From NCBI RefSeq assembly GCF_964204645.1, contig NC_134027.1, positions 22,096,560-22,160,559 of the forward strand: a DNA stretch of 64,000 nucleotides. The letters are read 5' to 3'. The stretch is from Tubulanus polymorphus (lineage: Eukaryota > Animalia > Nemertea). Made by a program: the position numbers and the translations under genes. Below, piece after piece: positions 56,967 to 64,000 of this stretch. The notes beneath the pieces are model-generated. The model made no database searches. It was given only the letters and a program-made list of their open reading frames with translations, and was not told where the DNA came from. Position 1 is the stretch's first letter. Each line of letters starts with the position of its first letter.

Positions 56967-59900
56967 ATGAAATTACGCAGATGGCTAACAACAGGTGTAT
57001 TTTTCGGTATTTTCGGTACGTTATATTTCCTTCAAGTTCTCTGTCTCAAGTTACGTGGAGTTAGTTCAGTTCGATGCGCAGATCGCGTCAAGGGTGGCGA
57101 CATTTCTTCAAGAATGAATGAAATGGCCAAAAAAATTTTGAAATTGAAAATTATGCTATGTTTTGATAGCAATTAGAATAAAAAGGACTTCACTTTTGTC
57201 ATGTCCATTTTTGATCCAGTTGTTCGCAAAAAGTTTGTTTTCATTTCTCTTATCATTTGAATTCAATCCATTTCAATTTTCACTTGTTAGTTTTTTTCTA
57301 CATTCCTTCCAAGATTTCACGAGGATAAACTCGAATGATGAAAAAAGAAATAATCTAATAAGTTTAAAAAACACCTTAAACAGAATTAGATTGATTAATT
57401 TCATTTATCAAAGATTAAAATCAAAATACACTAAATTTTGGACTCTCCATTATTTTGATTTTAATTCTTGATCAATGAAATTAGATTTTATACTTTTGAA
57501 TTCTGCATATATATTTATTCTTTATTTACGTGTCACCTTTTTTACAAAGCCAGCCTCTTAGAGGCTTACGAGACACAATATGCATATACGTACAGAAAGT
57601 TACATTTAATTGTAAATTATTAGTAGAAGTAAAGATAGGACGCGTTATTCTAAATGACGGCATTGCGCAGTTGTAGGGCTGTATTTATAAATTTAGCGAC
57701 TAATTTGCAGACTTTACCTTCATTTAGGAGTAGAGAGATTCGATTTGATACAGGTAGGTCTAAAATATCGATATTCAACTTTACATTAATTCTATTAAAT
57801 AAATCAGCTCGTTCATCTGAGTAACGATTACAATAAAGTAGAAAGTGTTCTTCTGTTTCTATTTCTCTTTGGTTGCATGATTCACAGAGTCTATAATCAA
57901 TTGGGATATTTCGGTATCTGCCTAGTTCAATATTAATAGGAAACGTTCCATTTCTCATGCGTGCAATGTTAGATCTGTTCATTCTTGACAGTGGAGCTTT
58001 TACATAATCATCAGTTTTAAAATCAAATTTGAAAGTGCAATAGGTTCTAAGTTTAGGAAGTGAGGTAACAGTTCTAAGCCATTCAGTTTGGTAAAGTGAT
58101 AAACATTTGGTTTTACAGTACAAAATAGTTTCCTTAATCGTAGAATTGCTTGGTACATTATTTCCTATATGTTCGTAGTATTGAGCTATATTTAGTTTAT
58201 ATATAATTGAACTAACGTCCTTACACGAGGTATTTTTTGTTAACGATAAATGATAGTCCCAAAGAAATATTTTCCTTAGTAAGTCTATAAACTGGTAAGT
58301 TACACAAACGGAACCACAATTTCAAAGTTTCTAGTTGGTGGCGGATTTTAACTGGAGTCCATCCCATATCACCCTCCAGGGTCACAAGTGCGGAATATTT
58401 TCCTACACCTAGATAAGATCTCATTGCTCTGTACTGAACATTTTCTGCCACTCGCCATGGTTTGAGTCCCCATACACCGGCACCGTAATCCAGAACAGGA
58501 ACCACTGTCGCATTATAAAGTTTAGTATAAACCGCATACGGGAGTCCATTAGTAGAGAAATGTTTCGCTAAAATTCCTGCTAGACTTTTACTCGCAGCCA
58601 TACTCAACGCATTTGCAGTATGGGCGGTGAAGTCCAATTCCGAATTAAAATCGACACCTAAATAGCGGTAGTTGTGAACAATTTCTAGTGTTTCGAGTCC
58701 ATATCTAAAGTTGAAATTAGTTTCGGACGATGTCTTATTTCGGAAGTGCATCACTTTTGTCTTATCGGTGTTCACGGCCATACGCCATTTATCGCACCAA
58801 CTATGTAATACATTTATCATGCGCTGTTACGGATCCTCACTATCGCTGATTAAAACAATGTCATCGGCATATAATAAAAACGACACTTTTATATCATCTA
58901 TTTCTATTCCCAAGGTCTAAGCTTTTGATTTCTGATGCTAAATCGTTAATATAGATATTAAACAGTGTAGGCGATATATTATCTCCTTGTCTGACTCCTT
59001 GAGTTGTTTTAAATCCATCGGTATAGTGTCCGTTAATTCGAATACGCGCGCTAGTGTTCGTATACATGGCTTCGATAATCTTGAGAAAGTTACTCCAATT
59101 CCTTGACGGTGTAGTTTATACAATAATAAATTTCTATTTACAGAATCGAACGCTTTCGAAAAGTCAACATAGCACACAAACGTTGGTTTTTTAACTAATT
59201 TACGATTTCTTACGATACTAGTGAGGCTAAATAGGTGGTCAAGGCAACTGCAATTAGGTCGAAAGCCGTTCTGCTCGTCGCATACTAGGTTGTATTTCTC
59301 GCAATATTGGGTTAAACGGTTATTCCAGTACGCTGCTGAATAGTTTTCCTAATGTTGAGTTCAGGCTGATCGGTCTATAGTTCAACGGATTTTCGGGGTC
59401 CTTTCCTTGTTTATGTATCGGATGAATAATACTTTTTCGTTCCACGATGTTGGCACTTTCCCATAACTGAATATCTTATAGTAGAGTGCATGTAGAATAT
59501 TCGTTTAGTGCGGGATTTTTAGAATTTCGTTTGGTATCTTATCAGAACCGGTTGCTTTTCCATTCTGTAATTTACAAACAGCTTTGACAATTTAAATTCG
59601 TTTTATCGGTTCATTCAGTTCTGCATTATTGGGTTCCGCGTTTGGTGTATTGTCCGATCGAATGTTCGACCATTCCCGTTGTATCTCGTTAAAGAACGTA
59701 TCGTTAAATTCGTGATTTTGTTTATTGTATAAGTATATTGTTATTGTCGATGTTAACCGATCGACCTTTCGATGACACGCATGTGTAAGTATCGTATTCC
59801 GATTCAAAGCGCCCGTTTAATGCGCAAAGATTGGTGTCCTGCACGAATGATAGGAGAAAGTCACCGAATTTATTATGTGTTTCATCTACATTTATTCTTT

Positions 59901-61869
59901 CGGGGAGGTTTTGTACTTCGTGGTCTTTTTTACTACCAATTCTTCCGTTTAAGTCACCTTGATATCGTTATTCCATTAGTAGTACATATGCGTCGTGAGC
60001 GTGTCTATATAGTGGGTTTAAAACGCATTATCTGTTCTCTGTCAGAGTGGGGCTATTCTACCAAAAGCGTTTACATTTCCTTTCCTGTTCCCTTTTATTT
60101 TGAATCGCCTAAAATTAAAAAAAGAATTGTCCCTGGTATTTATCTGATCGGTAGATTTTGTTTGATCGGCAGATATGGGGTCCACGAACCCACCACACCC
60201 GCCGGGAACAAATCAACGGGGTTTGATTTTGAAATCGGAAATCGAAGTACAAATATATAGTTGTGTATGATCGGCGGTCGAATTTACAGATTCATTTGTT
60301 TAAACCTAGATAGATCTACAGTTATATAACAATTGTATAAACATGAATATTTACAGAATTTACTGATCTAGGCCTCAACCGTCACTATTGATACAAATTA
60401 GTATATAATTGCATTTCAGGTTTGTTAACATTCATTCATATGTTAACTTATCGAAGTACACACGAAGACGATCTGCCGGTGACTACTGCTATTCCACAAA
60501 TCCCCTCCAGGAAGCTACCGGTGAAAGTCGTGATATACGGCTACATGAGAGGAGGCACGACATTTACCAGTCAGAATTTTAAGATGAATGAAGATGCATT
60601 CTATTTGTTTGAACCATTGGTGAATTTATTCTTATCGATTTATGGATTTCATATAACTCCGGTTGGGATAGATCGCGAACCCGCATACCGGTACGTACGT
60701 ACGTACGAATTTCGGCGAGTTATTATGTCGAATTTCGACATGATAAGTAGAAATTTTGAAAAAAAATATCTTGTATGTCACCAAGGGGTTTCCGTAGGTA
60801 TATCTATGCTTATTATGTAAATTTGAATGTTGTACGTTAGGTTTTGTGGAAAACACTGAAAAAGGACAATATTTCTTAAATTGATTTATACTTCAACGTA
60901 ACGTATGCGTTTGATTTCAGTATGATTGATAAAAATCCAGATCTGATCGACGGGATATTGGATCGGTTGCTGAACTGCAATTTCAACGATCCAACCGTTC
61001 CGAAAGAAATATTCTCCCATCCGTTCATCGAATATAGTGTACGCGACAAGAAATATGGAGAATGTTTTTCTAGGAGTCCTTACAAAAAGATTTCGAACGC
61101 GTCCAGTTATTGTTACTCGTTGTTGAGAAATAAACGGCTGAATTGTCGCTCTCCGTGGGGAATGTGTCAGACTTTTCTCAAAGAAACCCGACAAGCTAAA
61201 GGCAATCCTGCGCCGCTGTGGGGCCCTGTTTATAAGGAAAGTTTCTCAAAATGGTACAAGTGTATGAAACCTCTTTACGATACCGATCTCGTTGAAAAGT
61301 GTCTCGACGAGTCCGGATTGACAGCGAAATGCGAACGAAGTAAAATAAGAGCGGTTAAAATAATTCGTGCTACGATGGCAACTATGCGACATCTTGCCGA
61401 GAAACATCCTGATTGGTTGTTTATCTACCTGGTTCGTGATCCACGCGGCGCCGTCATTTCGAGGAGTAGAATTTATGAAGGCCCTAATGCAATTGACTAC
61501 GTCAAAGAAGCGATGTTTTTGTGTACGAAAATGCGCCAAGATTTCGACGTTTTCGAACAAGTTCTACGAATTTATCCCGATAGATTTTTACTTTTGAAAT
61601 ACGAAAACTTCGCCGAAGATCCGATAGATGGGGCGAAAGAAATATATCGATTTATGGATCAATCCTTGCCAGTCAAGGTCGCCGATGAACTTTACACAAT
61701 GTCCCATTCGGCGAATCAATCGGCGTCTAATATGGGAGTCTATAAACATAATTCCACTCAGATCGCTCACGCCTGGCAGAAACAATTGACACTCAGCGAA
61801 GTGAAAGAAATTAACAACTTTTGCAATGATATTTATGAAAAACTCGAATATACCGAGTATGGTATGTGA
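56967..61869 (+). CDS. Carbohydrate sulfotransferase (CHST1/3/4/5-like) copy B, intact, 422 aa
   Basis: Exons 56967-57015, 60420-60690 and 60921-61869 (1269 nt, in frame). TM anchor; 5'-PSB YMRGGTTF; FYLFEPL; AVKIIR; 3'-PB LVRDPRGAVISR; LKYENF. Confidence 0.88.
57510..59760 (-). mobile_element. 5'-truncated, frameshifted non-LTR retrotransposon (LINE; RTEX-like C-terminus) in sulfotransferase B intron 1
   Basis: Fragmented ORF2 with RT motifs YRPISL, CYVDFSKAFDSV and LLYADDIV (~58855-58880), YRYLGV, and C-terminal IELGRY..RLCESC..ETEEHFLLYC; multiple frameshifts and stops. Confidence 0.9.
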
Positions 61870-62346
61870 ACAAATTACCACTAAATTCACTTAATTAATT
61901 ATAAGAATAAATACGAAACGAGTAGTACTGTATATATAGGTAAACTATTTTATTTGACGCACGAGCTTTCGCTACTAATGCATCGTAGCTTCATCGAGTG
62001 AATGAGTGAATGTACATGTATTAGGTGTACGGTCATTAGAGCTGCGGGCTGACAGTTATCGGTGTTTCCTATCCTACGTATTTCTCTCAAAATATTAATG
62101 GATTTAATCTCGGATGTTAGTTTCTGGTGGTGTGCGCCGGGCTTAACATGGTGGTGGTTGGGGCTTCTGAGCCCTCCTTTCACGATTAGTCAGTGCGTAC
62201 GTAAGTCAGCAGTGAGTTGCACCTTCAAGGTTGCACGATAAGATATTTTCGCAAGCACATACGGACGATTATAGAATTAGCTTACCACCAACGACTAGGT
62301 AACTAATAATACCACCGATGTGACCAGCCAGAGGGGCGGGAGAGAT

Positions 62347-62547
62347 ACGGAAGCGATAAAGGTCCTCCAGTTGTCGCGTTCCAAATCGACAAGTCGACAT
62401 GAATATATCGACATATCGTGACGTCAAATTTCGCATTTTTGCCCATTTTCCACGGGACAAGCCGTCATTTGATACGATATGTCGACATAATCATGGCGAC
62501 TTGTCGAGTTGGAACGCGAAAACTGGAGACCCTTTATCGCTTCCGTA
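62347..62547. mobile_element. Foldback MITE
   Basis: TACGGAAGCGATAAAGG.CTCCAGTT.TCGCGTTCCAA.TCGACAAGTCG pairs with CGACTTGTCGAGTTGGAACGCGAAAACTGGAGACCCTTTATCGCTTCCGTA. Confidence 0.75.
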
Positions 62548-63248
62548 GAGAGACGCACACTGCCACTTCGGGACACAGTGGGTTCCCTTTTTAGAAAGTG
62601 CCCTTCATAATTCTAGTAAAATAGTTTTTTTAAAAATCTAAATTTTGACACAATATTCACGGAGAATGCATTTTGGTAAGATGTTGGAGAATAGATTTAT
62701 AAAAATTTTTGAGGTAGGCCCCACAATCTGATAGGATTTGGCCATTCTAAGAAGTTTTGGAAAACTTTGGGGATGTCCATATAATACATAAGTTGAATAT
62801 GAGTTATGCTTAGTTTTAAGTTTTCATATGATTCATTTATATCAGTGACAGGATTTGCAGTGACAGTCGACCTTGTCCTAATGAACATTCATCTGTTGTA
62901 AACTGAATTCTAGCTATTCAACATCATAATGTATGTCACATCACGAGATATACATCTCGCAACGAAAGTGACGAAAATACTCGAATAAACCTTAAGTTAC
63001 ATGAATTTGTTAATGATGTACGCGGCTAACGACGTACACATACGCGGCTAACGTAACTTCTAAACTATTGACGGTAGCCGAGACAAAAAATTCTAGCGAC
63101 GCTTGGATTTCACTGTGAACGTCACTGCAGCGGCCGTAAACCTCACTATCATCGGCGTAATTGATTGCATTCGTTTGGTAACGTTTTTGAAAGTGTCGGG
63201 ATAACACACGGTTCCACTGGAACTCGATCGCTTACAACAGATCGTGGG

Positions 63249-64000
63249 ATGCTCGATAACAACATTAATAGCTCAAGTCTTGCAGTGACAACACCGCAAC
63301 TCAACCTGTGCCAGAGATACAAAACCCTCCCTGTTAAATGGATCAACAAATTGAATGTTTACACATATTTAGGCTGGTATCTGCCGGCGTCTGTACTGGG
63401 TTTGATATTCAACGCATTCACGTTGTTAGTTCTAAAACGATTCAAATCTGATAATTACTTTCTCATAAAAATTCTCGCTATAAACGATCTTTTGTTTATG
63501 ATCGCTTCGTTCATTATTTATCCGCTGAGAACTGCGTACGTTTACGCCGTTTTGGGAGATATTGTATTTCGCCGGAACGATTGGAATTTCGGTTGGATTT
63601 TCATCTCGGTCGGCATGCCATTTTTCTATATATTTCAGATGACACGTAACTGGTGCACTGTGCTGCTCAGTCTAGAGCGGTTAGTCGTCGTATTGTTTCC
63701 AATGAAATCTCGTAACTTTCCCAAGAAGTTGATATCACAATACGCGATGGCGATTATTTCACTTCTGAGTTTTTGTGGCCATTTCATTCGCTTCTTACCG
63801 AGTCGACGACTTGGACCAATGAATTGTCCTGTTGAGTGGCCTTACGTAACAATACGTATTAAGTTGTTTTATTACTACCCCGAGTGGTTTGATGAATACA
63901 CTTGGCGATCCGTACTTTCTAGGGTCTATCTCTTCATGTATCTTACTGTTATTTTTCCAATTTCTGTTCTAATTTTGATCAATATCATACTTATTTCGGC
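63249..64000 (+). CDS. Intronless FMRFamide-receptor/Srw-like GPCR, partial (runs off the window end; not in the ORF track)
   Basis: Manual translation is open to the edge: MLDNNINSSS...YLPASVLGLIFNAFTLLVLKR...ILAINDLLFM...YPLRTAYVYAVLGDIVFRRNDW...MTRNWCTVLLSLERLVVVLFP...TVIFPISVLILINIILIS. Confidence 0.88.
   Translation, partial: MLDNNINSSSLAVTTPQLNLCQRYKTLPVKWINKLNVYTYLGWYLPASVLGLIFNAFTLLVLKRFKSDNYFLIKILAINDLLFMIASFIIYPLRTAYVYAVLGDIVFRRNDWNFGWIFISVGMPFFYIFQMTRNWCTVLLSLERLVVVLFPMKSRNFPKKLISQYAMAIISLLSFCGHFIRFLPSRRLGPMNCPVEWPYVTIRIKLFYYYPEWFDEYTWRSVLSRVYLFMYLTVIFPISVLILINIILIS

Noticed and set aside
59772-60260. 162-aa ORF adjoining the LINE 5' truncation
   Set aside because: No recognisable homology; intronic and probably chance or decayed element sequence.

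Overview
AT-rich, intron-containing animal genomic DNA, probably from a marine invertebrate (lophotrochozoan-like; taxon is an inference). The main gene is a complete plexin on + (19358-45105; 33 coding exons traced by hand, ~1854 aa). It has Sema, PSI, IPT, TM and split RasGAP/RBD regions, an RRFRR convertase-type site and a C-terminal -VSVL PDZ-type motif, so it resembles plexin-B. The window also holds four intronless FMRFamide-receptor/Srw-like rhodopsin GPCRs: a recent tandem pair at the left end, one nested antisense in a plexin intron, and one running off the right edge (missed by the ORF track). A short relic of a fifth GPCR copy is also present. Two tandem 3-exon carbohydrate sulfotransferase genes lie at 52-62 kb. 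The first has a 1-bp frameshift in the PAPS-binding loop, and the second hosts a decayed LINE in intron 1. The remainder is minisatellites, (TA)n tracts, a tRNA-derived SINE and many MITEs (piggyBac-, Harbinger- and hAT-like). I found no CRISPR, prokaryotic system, rRNA or true tRNA gene, and nothing that clearly amounts to a new biological system. The best leads are the plexin-B-like features, the interleaved/nested GPCR family and the LINE-tail-linked (TA)n palindrome.
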